A stretch of DNA of 64,000 nt from Sedimentisphaerales bacterium (GCA_049518795.1 JBEKRK010000001.1:270477-334476); one strand, 5' to 3'. Shown: positions 33,636-42,408, counted from the first letter of the stretch. Numbers and translations: made by a program. The notes: a model not told the origin generated them from the sequence alone.

Positions 33636-34841
33636 TTATGTGTTGTAATCGGCGTTAATACTTACATATTCAGCACTTAAATCACAGCCATAGCAGAAGT
33701 CGCTGAATTTCCCAGCCCCTAAATTTATCGTAATTGTATGCTCTTTCTGCTTTATGATTTTTGATGCTTTCTTAGCATCGAATTTTGCGGGCTGACCGTT
33801 TTTGAAAACGACTATATCGCCAATTGAGCAGGATAGTTTTTTCAGGTTTAATTTTGCTCCGCAATCGCCGACCGCGCAGATAATCCTCCCCCAGTTCGGG
33901 TCATTGCCGTGAATCGCGCATTTTAAAAGGTCGTAATTTGCGACAGCGCGGGCGGCCTTTGCCGCATCGTTTTTTGACGTAGCGCCCTGAACAACAACAG
34001 TGAACATTTTTGTTGCGCCCTCAGCATCGAGTGCCATTTGTTTTGCCAAATCGGTGGTAAGTCCTGAAAGAGCAGCAACGAATTTTTTATATTGTGAATC
34101 TGTTTTTGTTATTTGCTTATTTTCCGCAAGTCCCGAAGCGAGGATAATTGCCGTATCATTTGTGCTTTGATGGCCGTCAACGGTTAATTTATTCAGCGAA
34201 TTGCCGACAGCGTCGGCCAGTGCTTTTTGAAGCAACGATTTACTGATTGAGACATCAGTCGTAATAAAGCAAAGTGTTGTAGCCATATTAGGCCCAATCA
34301 TTCCCGCTCCCTTGACTGTGCCTGCGATAGTGATTTTTTTGCCGGCAATATTAACAGCCGCAAAAGCCTGTTTACAGCGGGTATCGGTTGTCATTATCGC
34401 CTGTGCAAAATCGTTTCCCGCTTTTGGGCTGCCTGATAATTGAGCGCAGGCCAATATGATTCCATTTATGATTTTATCTATTGGCAATTGACGGCCTATA
34501 ATGCCTGTCGAGGCGACAAGCACCTGATTTTCTTTCGCGTCAAGAAGCTGCGCAGCGGTTTGGCACATTATCTGAGCGTTTTTCAGGCCTAATTTGCCTG
34601 TGCAGGTATTGGCGATTCCCGCGTTTGCTACGATAGCTTCGATATTTGTGGTTTTTATGTGTTTTTTGCAGACCGTTACGGCTGCGGATACGACTTTATT
34701 TGTTGTCCAAACGCCGACGGCTTTGGCCCCTGTCGGACAGGCTAAAATAGCGATGTCTTTTTTGCCGGATTGTTTCAAACCGCAGCTTATTCCAGCCGCC
34801 AGAAATCCCTTCGGCGATGTTATAGTAGTGTTTTTGCTCAC
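33636..34841 (-). CDS. argJ: bifunctional glutamate N-acetyltransferase / amino-acid acetyltransferase
   Basis: 401 aa. GMIGPNMATTLCFITTD (autoprocessing Thr), and ...YVSINADYNT at the C-terminus. Confidence 0.9.
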   Translation of the reverse strand: MSKNTTITSPKGFLAAGISCGLKQSGKKDIAILACPTGAKAVGVWTTNKVVSAAVTVCKKHIKTTNIEAIVANAGIANTCTGKLGLKNAQIMCQTAAQLLDAKENQVLVASTGIIGRQLPIDKIINGIILACAQLSGSPKAGNDFAQAIMTTDTRCKQAFAAVNIAGKKITIAGTVKGAGMIGPNMATTLCFITTDVSISKSLLQKALADAVGNSLNKLTVDGHQSTNDTAIILASGLAENKQITKTDSQYKKFVAALSGLTTDLAKQMALDAEGATKMFTVVVQGATSKNDAAKAARAVANYDLLKCAIHGNDPNWGRIICAVGDCGAKLNLKKLSCSIGDIVVFKNGQPAKFDAKKASKIIKQKEHTITINLGAGKFSDFCYGCDLSAEYVSINADYNT

Positions 34842-34987
34842 GATAGTACCTCAACAAAGGTTAATGAAAAACTGCCGTTAGTATATACTGCAAAGAGGGT
34901 TATTTAAAGAAAAAAGACTTTATATTTGTCATACTTACGCTATTATATTAAAATACTTATAGATGTTATGCTTTAAAGGATTAAGTA

Positions 34988-35266
34988 GTGGCTTTGCAGT
35001 TTGAATGGGATAGCAGGAAGGCTCAAGTAAATAAGAGAAAGCATGGAATAACGTTTGAAGAAGCATCTACGGTTTTTGGTGATGCTTTATCGCTCACTAT
35101 TCCTGACCCCGCCCATTCAATCGGCGAAGACAGATTTATTACTATTGGAACATCTGTTAAAAACAGGTTTATTGTAGTTGTGCATACAGACCGTGGCGGT
35201 ATTATACGTATTATAAGCGCACGCAAAGTCACGGGAAATGAAAGAAAACAGTATGAACAGGGATAA
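34988..35266 (+). CDS. brnT: BrnT-family (DUF497) toxin
   Basis: 92 aa. FEWDSRKAQVNKRKHGITFEEASTVFGD...RFITIG...VVVHTDRGGIIRIISARK. GTG start. Confidence 0.8.
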   Translation: MALQFEWDSRKAQVNKRKHGITFEEASTVFGDALSLTIPDPAHSIGEDRFITIGTSVKNRFIVVVHTDRGGIIRIISARKVTGNERKQYEQG

Positions 35267-35290
35267 AATTCCTTTTATCAGGGAAATGTT

Positions 35291-35473
35291 ATGAGAAAAG
35301 AATATGATTTTAGCAAAGGTGTGAGGGGTAAATATGCCGCCAGATACAGGGCGGGGACTAATATCGTTTTACTTGACCCGGATGTTGCAAAAGTGTTTAA
35401 AACACCGAGGTCGGTTAATCAGGCATTAAGGTCACTGACTCATATTATCAAGGCTCAAGGACAAAAGGCGTGA
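35291..35473 (+). CDS. putative BrnA-like antitoxin
   Basis: 60 aa, 24 nt downstream of brnT. MRKEYDFSKGVRGKY is a common opening in BrnT-partner antitoxins. Weak call. Confidence 0.5.
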   Translation: MRKEYDFSKGVRGKYAARYRAGTNIVLLDPDVAKVFKTPRSVNQALRSLTHIIKAQGQKA

Positions 35474-35476
35474 TAA

Positions 35477-36100
35477 CTACCTTCGCTTTGTTCGAGGCTT
35501 TTTGAAACTAAATATGTTCCGGAGTTCTTTTTTGATAGATTCATGTATCTTGCATAATGGACAAGGTTTTTTCCGTTTTTTTGTGGCAGGTGTGTTCTTA
35601 TTCTCGCTAGGCTGAAAATAGTGAACAGCAAGGCATTCTATTTGAGGTATATAACTTCGTCCTTTAATTTTGAATATCGTAATACGTCCTTTATTAGGAA
35701 ACCACTTCTTAATGAAATGATCTTGTGGCCTATCACCGCTCGTATCTGTTCTACCAACATAGAGATATTTTTTCCCACGCTGTATTAAATAAACGCACCC
35801 CTTCTTTTTAAGCTTTTTATACCATTGCTTAAACAGTGTTCTCTTGTTATCTGTTCCATATCCTTTAATTTTCCAGTATTTCTTTTGCTTGACACGTTTT
35901 TTGAAATATTCCTTTGCCAAACTGCGGGAAAAGGCTTTAGAGGCAAGTTCTTGAAGTTTTGTTATACCTTTATCGACTTTTTCCCTATCGAATTTTGGAA
36001 GTTTTCCTGGTTTTTTGAGCCAAAGATTGTGACGCAACCAGTGGGTTCTTTGTTTGAATAAATTGTCAAGGGCAAGCTCAAACTGTTTGTGAAATGCCAT
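35477..36100 (-). CDS. highly basic GIY-YIG nuclease-domain protein
   Basis: 207 aa. GCVYLIQRGKKYLYVGRT...RPQDH...IECLAVHYFQPSENKN fits GIY-YIG (Y..Y, R, H/E, N). It is flanked by a Lys/Trp-rich N-terminal region and a CPLC plus KR-rich tail. Confidence 0.55.
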   Translation of the reverse strand: MAFHKQFELALDNLFKQRTHWLRHNLWLKKPGKLPKFDREKVDKGITKLQELASKAFSRSLAKEYFKKRVKQKKYWKIKGYGTDNKRTLFKQWYKKLKKKGCVYLIQRGKKYLYVGRTDTSGDRPQDHFIKKWFPNKGRITIFKIKGRSYIPQIECLAVHYFQPSENKNTPATKKRKKPCPLCKIHESIKKELRNIFSFKKPRTKRR

Positions 36101-36117
36101 AAATTATCTCTCCTTCT

Positions 36118-36972
36118 CTAAAGATTTTTAGTGTCTTTGCTTTTTGAATCGTTAATTTCAATCGGGCCGTTTGTTAAAATCCCCTTCATAGCAAGTTCTC
36201 TAAATTTTGCGGAAGGGTCGTAAAACGACAGCGAGGTATCAACGGTATTTAGCATTATGCCGGGCTTGTTCAGTTTCAATTCTTTAACGATTTTGCCGTC
36301 AGGCTGAATGAAGCAGGATGGGTAAGGAGCGATTTTGCCGGAGGAATTAGACAAACTTACCCAGAAATAATTCGAGGCCGCGTTTGCCTGCATAGTCTGT
36401 CTTATTATATGTTTATGCACAGATTGCTCTTTCTGCCGGGCGTTGTAAAACGACTGAAAAAGGCACTGAACGTCTAATTTTTTCAGCTCTCTATAAATTT
36501 CAGGAAAACGCAAATCAAAACATATAAGCAGGGCACATTTGACGCCGTTAAGTTCAAAAGTTACAAATCTATTGCCCGGCGTGTAATGGTTTAAATCTCT
36601 TTCCGTGCAGAAACGCTTATCGTATCTGTTTTCGATTTGGCCCTGCGGATTGATAAGATAAAGAGAGTTTGCCGGCTTGTTCGGCTCTGTTAAACGATGA
36701 TTGCTGCCGAGAATAACCCATAATTTTAGCTCGCCGGCAAGAGCCATAATTTTTTTAGTTTCTTCGATTAGCAGCGACCAATTGTATCCTTCAAGACTGT
36801 CAAAATCCACGCCTGCATAACCGCTCAATGCACATTCGGAAAAATGAACAATTTGGGCATCGAGCTTTTTTGCCTTTTGCAGGAATTTTTGAATATATTT
36901 AGAGTTTTGCTCGACAGATTCACTGACCGGAAATTGACAAGTAGCGACTTTAATCTGACCGGGATTTGACAT
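36118..36972 (-). CDS. carbon-nitrogen hydrolase (nitrilase superfamily)
   Basis: 284 aa. Glu in HFSECAL, Lys in YDKRF, Cys in LLICFDLRFPE (the E-K-C triad). Confidence 0.8.
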   Translation of the reverse strand: MSNPGQIKVATCQFPVSESVEQNSKYIQKFLQKAKKLDAQIVHFSECALSGYAGVDFDSLEGYNWSLLIEETKKIMALAGELKLWVILGSNHRLTEPNKPANSLYLINPQGQIENRYDKRFCTERDLNHYTPGNRFVTFELNGVKCALLICFDLRFPEIYRELKKLDVQCLFQSFYNARQKEQSVHKHIIRQTMQANAASNYFWVSLSNSSGKIAPYPSCFIQPDGKIVKELKLNKPGIMLNTVDTSLSFYDPSAKFRELAMKGILTNGPIEINDSKSKDTKNL

Positions 36973-36974
36973 TG

Positions 36975-37979
36975 CTATAATAGTCCTGAAATTTCGTCAA
37001 AGCCATACATTATATTCATATTCTGTATTGCCTGGCCGGATGCGCCTTTTATCAGGTTGTCAATCGCGGTAAAGACAACGATTTTGTCCTTGCAGACAGC
37101 CGGGTAAATATGGCAATAGTTTGTCTTGGCGATATCTTTCAGCATCGGCGCGGTATTTAGAACCTGCACAAAATGCTCGTTTTTGTAAAAGTTCTTATAC
37201 AGCTCCATAAGTTTTTCCGAAGTTATTTTTTCTTTCGGCTGACAATAAATCGTTGACGATATTCCGATATCGAACGGCCCGACGTGTGGCTGGAAAAGCA
37301 CATCAACATTTGCTCCTGCGATGTCGGATGCGATTTGTTCCATCTCCGGCTGGTGACGGTGTTTGCCGATGCCGTAGGCGAAAAAATTTTCATTCATATT
37401 CGGGAAATGGAAATCTTTCGTTGGGTTTTTCCCTGCTCCGCTTGTACCTGTTACGGCGTTTACAATTATCGAAGGTTCAATAAGTTTGTTTTTCAGCAGC
37501 GGGGCGGTGCCGAGCATAAAACCTGTCGGAAAACAGCCGGGATTTGCGACTAATTTTGCGTTTTTGATTTTGTCGCGGTATAGTTCGCAAAGGCCGTAAA
37601 CAGCGTGTTTAAGATTTTCAGCGTCGCTGTGCGGCTGATAGTATTTTTCATAGACTTTAATGTCTTTGATTCGATAATCTGCACTGAAGTCGATGACTTT
37701 CAATCCCGCCTTGAGCAGTTTCGGCACAAATTCCATCGAGACCTTATGTGGCAGACAGCACAAAGCGACTTTTGCCTTTGTCGTCAGTTTGTTTAAGTCA
37801 AGCGGCTCGATATCGAGGCTGCAGCGTCCCTTGAATCGCGGGAAAACGTCCGCGACGTTGCCGCATTCCTCCGGCAGGGCGGTAAGGTAAGTAAGTTTTG
37901 CCTGCGGATGGCGGAGCAGAATTTCGATAGCCTCTGCGCCGGTGTATCCGCTTGCGCCTATGATAGCAACTGTTAACAT
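36975..37979 (-). CDS. argC: N-acetyl-gamma-glutamyl-phosphate reductase
   Basis: 334 aa. IIGASGYTGAE, active-site NPGCFPTG. Confidence 0.9.
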   Translation of the reverse strand: MLTVAIIGASGYTGAEAIEILLRHPQAKLTYLTALPEECGNVADVFPRFKGRCSLDIEPLDLNKLTTKAKVALCCLPHKVSMEFVPKLLKAGLKVIDFSADYRIKDIKVYEKYYQPHSDAENLKHAVYGLCELYRDKIKNAKLVANPGCFPTGFMLGTAPLLKNKLIEPSIIVNAVTGTSGAGKNPTKDFHFPNMNENFFAYGIGKHRHQPEMEQIASDIAGANVDVLFQPHVGPFDIGISSTIYCQPKEKITSEKLMELYKNFYKNEHFVQVLNTAPMLKDIAKTNYCHIYPAVCKDKIVVFTAIDNLIKGASGQAIQNMNIMYGFDEISGLL

Positions 37980-37990
37980 ATTTAATCTCC

Positions 37991-38024
37991 AAAAATAAAA
38001 AAGGCCGCGTTCTCGTTCGCGGCC
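37991..38024 (-). terminator. Rho-independent terminator after rpsI
   Basis: Minus strand: GGCCGCG-aacgagaa-CGCGGCC followed by TTTTTTATTTTT. Confidence 0.8.
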
Positions 38025-38053
38025 ATTGTAATAATCCTGAGTATAATTTGCAA

Positions 38054-38521
38054 TCAGCGTTTTGAGAACTGGAACCGCCGCCTGGCGCCTGACTGGCCGG
38101 GCTTTTTCCTTTCAACCATCCTGCCGTCTCTTGTGAGGTATCCGCCGTCTCTGAGCTTTTGAATCAAGCTGGGGTCGTAGATTTTTAATGCTCTTGCGAT
38201 TCCGAGCATAACGGCACCGCTTTGACCTGTAATGCCGCCGCCTTTTACGTTTGCGAACACATCGATGCTTTTTTCAGTATCTGTCGCCTTTAGTGGTGCG
38301 ACAACCGCGCCGATATCCTGCGGTCTTGTGAAGTATTTAGTCAGTTCTTTGTTATTGATTCTAAACTCGCCTTTTCCGGCTTTGATTCTGACTCTCGCTA
38401 CGGATGTTTTTCTTCTTCCTGTGCCCCAGACGAAGACATTTTTTGGTTCACTCTTTTGTGTGCTTTGCCCGGCAGGCGCCGGTTTCGCAGCGGTCGGCTC
38501 ATTTTTAGGATTTTCTGTCAT
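38054..38521 (-). CDS. rpsI: 30S ribosomal protein S9
   Basis: 155 aa. GTGRRKTSVARVRI...GGGITGQSGA...RDGRMVERKKPGQSGARRRFQFSKR, with a ~25-aa N-terminal extension. Confidence 0.95.
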   Translation of the reverse strand: MTENPKNEPTAAKPAPAGQSTQKSEPKNVFVWGTGRRKTSVARVRIKAGKGEFRINNKELTKYFTRPQDIGAVVAPLKATDTEKSIDVFANVKGGGITGQSGAVMLGIARALKIYDPSLIQKLRDGGYLTRDGRMVERKKPGQSGARRRFQFSKR

Positions 38522-38538
38522 ATTTCTTTTCCGTGATT

Positions 38539-38967
38539 TTACAATTCTATTTTTTGCGGATTCTGTGCCGTTTGTTTATGTTCATTTCCGCGGTATATTT
38601 TAAGCTTTTTCAGCATATGCCTGCCGAGCGTGCTTTTCGGCATCATTCGCCGGACTGCAAGCTCGATTACTTTTTCGGGCTTTTTTGCCATCAATTCCTT
38701 AAAGCTTGTGTATTTATGTCCGCCAGGGAAATGGGTATAGTAATCGTATTCTATAGCCTCATCTTTTTTGCCGGTAACCCGGATTTTTTCAGCATTTAAA
38801 ACGATGACAAAATCGCCGGTATCGACGTTTGGAGTATAGATAGGTTTTGTTTTGCCCATCAGTATCGGTGCGATTTTAGCAGCCAATCTGCCCAGAACTG
38901 CCCCGTCTGCGTCAACGAGAAGCCATTTTCGCGTTATTTCTTCTTTTTTAGCCAGAAAACTCTTCAT
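38539..38967 (-). CDS. rplM: 50S ribosomal protein L13
   Basis: 142 aa. RKWLLVDADGAVLGRLAAKIA..LMGK.KP.YTP..D.GD.V.V.NAEKI. Confidence 0.95.
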   Translation of the reverse strand: MKSFLAKKEEITRKWLLVDADGAVLGRLAAKIAPILMGKTKPIYTPNVDTGDFVIVLNAEKIRVTGKKDEAIEYDYYTHFPGGHKYTSFKELMAKKPEKVIELAVRRMMPKSTLGRHMLKKLKIYRGNEHKQTAQNPQKIEL

Positions 38968-39199
38968 CCCGTTAGACCATCCTTTCGGTATGGGGTCGAT
39001 TGTATAAAATTGTCTATTTTTTTCATATTATATATAAGCATAAAACTACAAGGTCTAACGGGATTCATAATAGATTTATCCCGTTAGAAATTTTTACATT
39101 ATAAACTTTTGTATAAACAGGATTTATCCGTTAGAAATTATTCACGTTTAATATTTTGACCGCTTTCTAACGGGATTCATTTCCCTGAAATTTTGAAAA
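38966..39199 (-). promoter_or_regulatory. structured ~230-nt rplM-rpsI leader with five copies of a self-complementary 11-12-nt motif
   Basis: Minus-strand motifs: AATCCCGTTAGA (plus-strand 39167..39180 and 39055..39068) and its complement TCTAACGG(G)AT (39125..39138, 39078..39091, 38966..38977). The last copy contains the first two nt of the rplM ATG. Confidence 0.55.
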
Positions 39200-39205
39200 C
39201 ATCAC

Positions 39206-39233
39206 ATTATAGCCGCAAAAAAAGAGGTGTCAA
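39206..39233 (-). promoter_or_regulatory. near-consensus sigma70 promoter for rplM-rpsI
   Basis: Minus strand: TTGACA-N16-TATAAT, 50 nt downstream of the nrdJ stop. Confidence 0.6.
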
Positions 39234-39283
39234 CGCATTTTTTGATGCTTTTTGAAGCTTTTTACGACTTTTTTAGTCTAATA

Positions 39284-42200
39284 TTAACTGCAGCCCATAG
39301 AGTTGCCGCAATTGTAGCATTTATAGCAGGAGCCGTTGCGAACGGTAATCGAGCCGCATACATCGCAGGCCGGTGCATCATCCTGAAAATGCTCAAATTG
39401 TGCGTTAAACTGCTGCATAGCGGCAACATCATTTTGGGAGTCACTATCTCCTTTGACAACGTTTGTAACCATAGCGACCGCTCTGTCGGCAAGCTCGGCA
39501 AACCTGCTTTTTTCAGTTTTTGGTGGTTCGGTCTCGATGGGTTTTATGTGGAGTTTGGGCTGCACGGCCTTTGCCTCAGCGATTTTCTTGGCAAGGTCTT
39601 TTGTCTTTTCTACCAGAGTTTTTGCGGTAGTTGTAGTCTTATCGTCCGGATGATTGTTTTCAGAACGATTTGGCGTATTTTTTTCCGCGTAGCCCGGAAT
39701 AAATTCACAGCCCATCCAGCAGAAGATATAGTCGATAAGGCTTTTTGCGAAGGGGATATTTTTATTTGAAGTCATTCCTGCCGGCTCAAATCTTGCGTGC
39801 CTGAACTTATCGACAAGCGTAATCAGCGGAACACCATACTGCAGCGCCATCGAAACGCAGGTGCCGACTACATCCATCAGGCCGCCGACAGTGCTGCCTT
39901 CCTTTGCCATTGTAATAAATAATTCGCCGGGCTGACCGTCTTCGTAAAGTCCTACCGTCAAATAACCTTCGTGGCCGGCAACTGAAAATTTATGAGTAAT
40001 GCTTTTTCTCGTCTCCGGCAATCTGCGTCTGAAAGGTTTGGCAACGACCGATGCAGGCGCTGTTTTTGAATCGTCTTTATGCTCGTCCGTTTTGACAGGC
40101 TGGAGCATTTTTGAGCCGTCGCGGTAAATAGCGACTGCCTTTAATCCCATTTTCCAGCCTTCGACATAAGCCGTTTTGATTTCGTCAACCGTGGCCTCTT
40201 TCTGCATATTAATAGTTTTGCTGATGGCTCCGCTGAGAAATGGCTGAACCGCAGCCATCATTTTTATATGAGCCATATAATGAATGCTTCTTGAGCCTTT
40301 TTGCGGCTTGAAGGCACAGTCGAATATCGGCAGATGTGCTTTATTAAGTTTTCTGCTTGTTTCGATAGTGTCGTCTTTGTCGATATCGTCGCAGATATGT
40401 TTTATGTCTTCAGCATTATATCCAAGTCTTTCTAATGCCTGCGGCACAGTTCTGTTGACGATTTTCAGGATTCCGCCGCCTGCGAGAAGTTTGTATTTTA
40501 CAAGGGCAATATCCGGCTCAACTCCGGTCGTGTCGCAATCCATCATAAATCCGATAGTTCCTGTCGGGGCTAAAACGGTAACCTGTGCGTTTCTGTAGCC
40601 GAATCTTGTTCCCGCATCAAGAGCCTGATCCCAGGCGTCTTTTGCAGCGTTGAGCAAATATTCCGGACAGTGGACTTCAGAGATGTTTTTACAATGCCGG
40701 CGGTGCATATTGATTACGTTCAGCATAGGCTGAGCGTTTTCACGGTATTTTTCAAATGGTTCTTTTATTGATGCAATTTCCGCACTTACTGAGTAGGCCG
40801 TTCCAGTCAGTATTGCGGTAATAGCCGAAGCCAATGTTCGTGCTTGTTCGCCGTCATAAGGCAGGGCAAGGCTCATAATAAGGCTGCCGAGGTTGGCATA
40901 GCCAAGCCCCAGTGCCCTGAAATTATGGCTGTTTTCAGTGATAGGAACGTTTGGATAACTGCCGTTATCGACAAGTATTTCCTGAGCGATAATGAAGATT
41001 CGTATCGCGGCCTTTAGTTTTTCGACATCGAATGTGCCGTCTTCGTTTCTGAATTTCATCAGGTTCAGCGAAGCGAGATTACACGCCGAATCGTCGAGGA
41101 ACATATATTCGCTGCAGGGATTTGACGCGTGAATAACTCCGGAATTCGGACAGGTATGCCATCTGTTTATAGTGGAATGATACTGGATGCCGGGGTCGCC
41201 GCAGACCCTCGTGGCCTGAGCGATTAAGTCGAGCAGTTCGTTGGCTTTATATTCACCGCAGGGTTTGCCTGTGGTAACCTCGCGGGTTGTCCAGATTTCG
41301 TCCTTTTCAGCCGCCTGCATAAATTCATCTGTAACCCTTACCGACAGATTCGAGTTCTGGAAAAGGACACTGCTATAAGCATCGTTGTTGAATGGCCCGC
41401 CGTAACCTGCGTTAATAAGCGCTCTTGCCTTTTTTTCCTCTTCCATTTTGCAACAGATGAAATCTTTTATATCAGGATGTGTAACCATAAGCGACTGCAT
41501 CTTGGCGGCTCTTCTTGTTTTCCCGCCCGACTTAACGACAGCCGCGATTTGGTCATAGACCCTCATAAAGCTAAGCGGCCCTGACGGCTTTCCGCCGCCG
41601 GCAAGTTTTTCTCTGCTGCTTCGCAGTGTTGAAAGGTCTGTGCCGGTGCCCGAGCCGTGTTTAAACAGCATTGCTTCACTGGCGGCCAGTCTCATTATGT
41701 CTTCCATCGTGTCTTTTACCGACTGGATGAAACAGGCCGATGCCTGCGGATATTCATAGCTGCTCCTGCACGGAACAGCTTTGTTCTGCTGATTGTCCCA
41801 GTGCCAGTTATGTTCGCTGCCGTCTATATTATATATGTCTTTTAATCCCACATTGAACCACACCGGCGAATTGAAAGAGCCATACTGGTTGACGCAAAGC
41901 GAGATTAGTTCATTATAGAAATTTTCAGCGTCAGCCTCCGTGGCGAAATATCCGTCTTTTTGTCCTCTGTCGGCTATGGTTTTGCAGACTCGATGAATAA
42001 GCTGTTTAACGGAATGTTCCCTGCTGGCTTCGATGTCTCCGTAGAAGTATTTGCTCACGACGACTTTTGTGGCAAGCTGACTCCAGTTTGCCGGCACTTC
42101 GACATCATTTTGTTCGAAGATAACCTCGCCATTATCGCCTGTGATTTTAGCCTGCCTGGTCTCCCATTCAATCTCATCAAAGGGATGTACTCCGGGCGTG

Positions 42201-42322
42201 GAGAAAACCTGATTTATCTTAAGTCCTTTCGATTTCTTCTCCTTCGGGCTTTGCCAATCCTTGAAACCGTTATTTTTATCGCTTCTTTCCATTGAACCAT
42301 TTGAGCTGTTAACCGTGGCCAT
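39284..42322 (-). CDS. nrdJ: class II (adenosylcobalamin-dependent) ribonucleotide reductase with C-terminal zinc ribbon
   Basis: 1012 aa. NPCSEYMFLDDSACNLASLNL (active-site Cys/Glu block), TGTIGFMMDCDTTGVEPD, and C-terminal CDVCGS...CYKCYNCG. Confidence 0.9.
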   Translation of the reverse strand: MATVNSSNGSMERSDKNNGFKDWQSPKEKKSKGLKINQVFSTPGVHPFDEIEWETRQAKITGDNGEVIFEQNDVEVPANWSQLATKVVVSKYFYGDIEASREHSVKQLIHRVCKTIADRGQKDGYFATEADAENFYNELISLCVNQYGSFNSPVWFNVGLKDIYNIDGSEHNWHWDNQQNKAVPCRSSYEYPQASACFIQSVKDTMEDIMRLAASEAMLFKHGSGTGTDLSTLRSSREKLAGGGKPSGPLSFMRVYDQIAAVVKSGGKTRRAAKMQSLMVTHPDIKDFICCKMEEEKKARALINAGYGGPFNNDAYSSVLFQNSNLSVRVTDEFMQAAEKDEIWTTREVTTGKPCGEYKANELLDLIAQATRVCGDPGIQYHSTINRWHTCPNSGVIHASNPCSEYMFLDDSACNLASLNLMKFRNEDGTFDVEKLKAAIRIFIIAQEILVDNGSYPNVPITENSHNFRALGLGYANLGSLIMSLALPYDGEQARTLASAITAILTGTAYSVSAEIASIKEPFEKYRENAQPMLNVINMHRRHCKNISEVHCPEYLLNAAKDAWDQALDAGTRFGYRNAQVTVLAPTGTIGFMMDCDTTGVEPDIALVKYKLLAGGGILKIVNRTVPQALERLGYNAEDIKHICDDIDKDDTIETSRKLNKAHLPIFDCAFKPQKGSRSIHYMAHIKMMAAVQPFLSGAISKTINMQKEATVDEIKTAYVEGWKMGLKAVAIYRDGSKMLQPVKTDEHKDDSKTAPASVVAKPFRRRLPETRKSITHKFSVAGHEGYLTVGLYEDGQPGELFITMAKEGSTVGGLMDVVGTCVSMALQYGVPLITLVDKFRHARFEPAGMTSNKNIPFAKSLIDYIFCWMGCEFIPGYAEKNTPNRSENNHPDDKTTTTAKTLVEKTKDLAKKIAEAKAVQPKLHIKPIETEPPKTEKSRFAELADRAVAMVTNVVKGDSDSQNDVAAMQQFNAQFEHFQDDAPACDVCGSITVRNGSCYKCYNCGNSMGCS

Positions 42323-42362
42323 TTACGCCTCCCTGCAAAAAACTGCATCCTTGCAGCAAATT

Positions 42363-42408
42363 ACACTATATGTTGTAAATACCGGGGCCAAACCCCAATA
42401 TATTGGTG
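42363..42408. promoter_or_regulatory. two NrdR-box-like palindromes upstream of nrdJ
   Basis: ACACTATATGTTGT (42363..42376) and CCCCAATATATTGGTG (42393..42408, core CCAATATATTGG is a perfect palindrome). Centres are ~32 bp apart, as in tandem NrdR operators. Confidence 0.6.

Noticed and set aside
39227-39769. 180-aa plus-strand ORF, and others antisense to nrdJ (39453..39653, 40284..40598, 41960..42295).
   Set aside because: They are entirely antisense to a strongly supported 1012-aa RNR gene and have no motifs. This is a typical shadow-ORF pattern.
39284-42322. Possible intein in the long NrdJ (1012 aa).
   Set aside because: I saw no intein splicing blocks (N-terminal Cys/Ser block, or a C-terminal HN followed by Cys/Ser/Thr insertion) interrupting the catalytic motifs. 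The extra length is explained by the N-terminal region and a C-terminal linker plus zinc ribbon.
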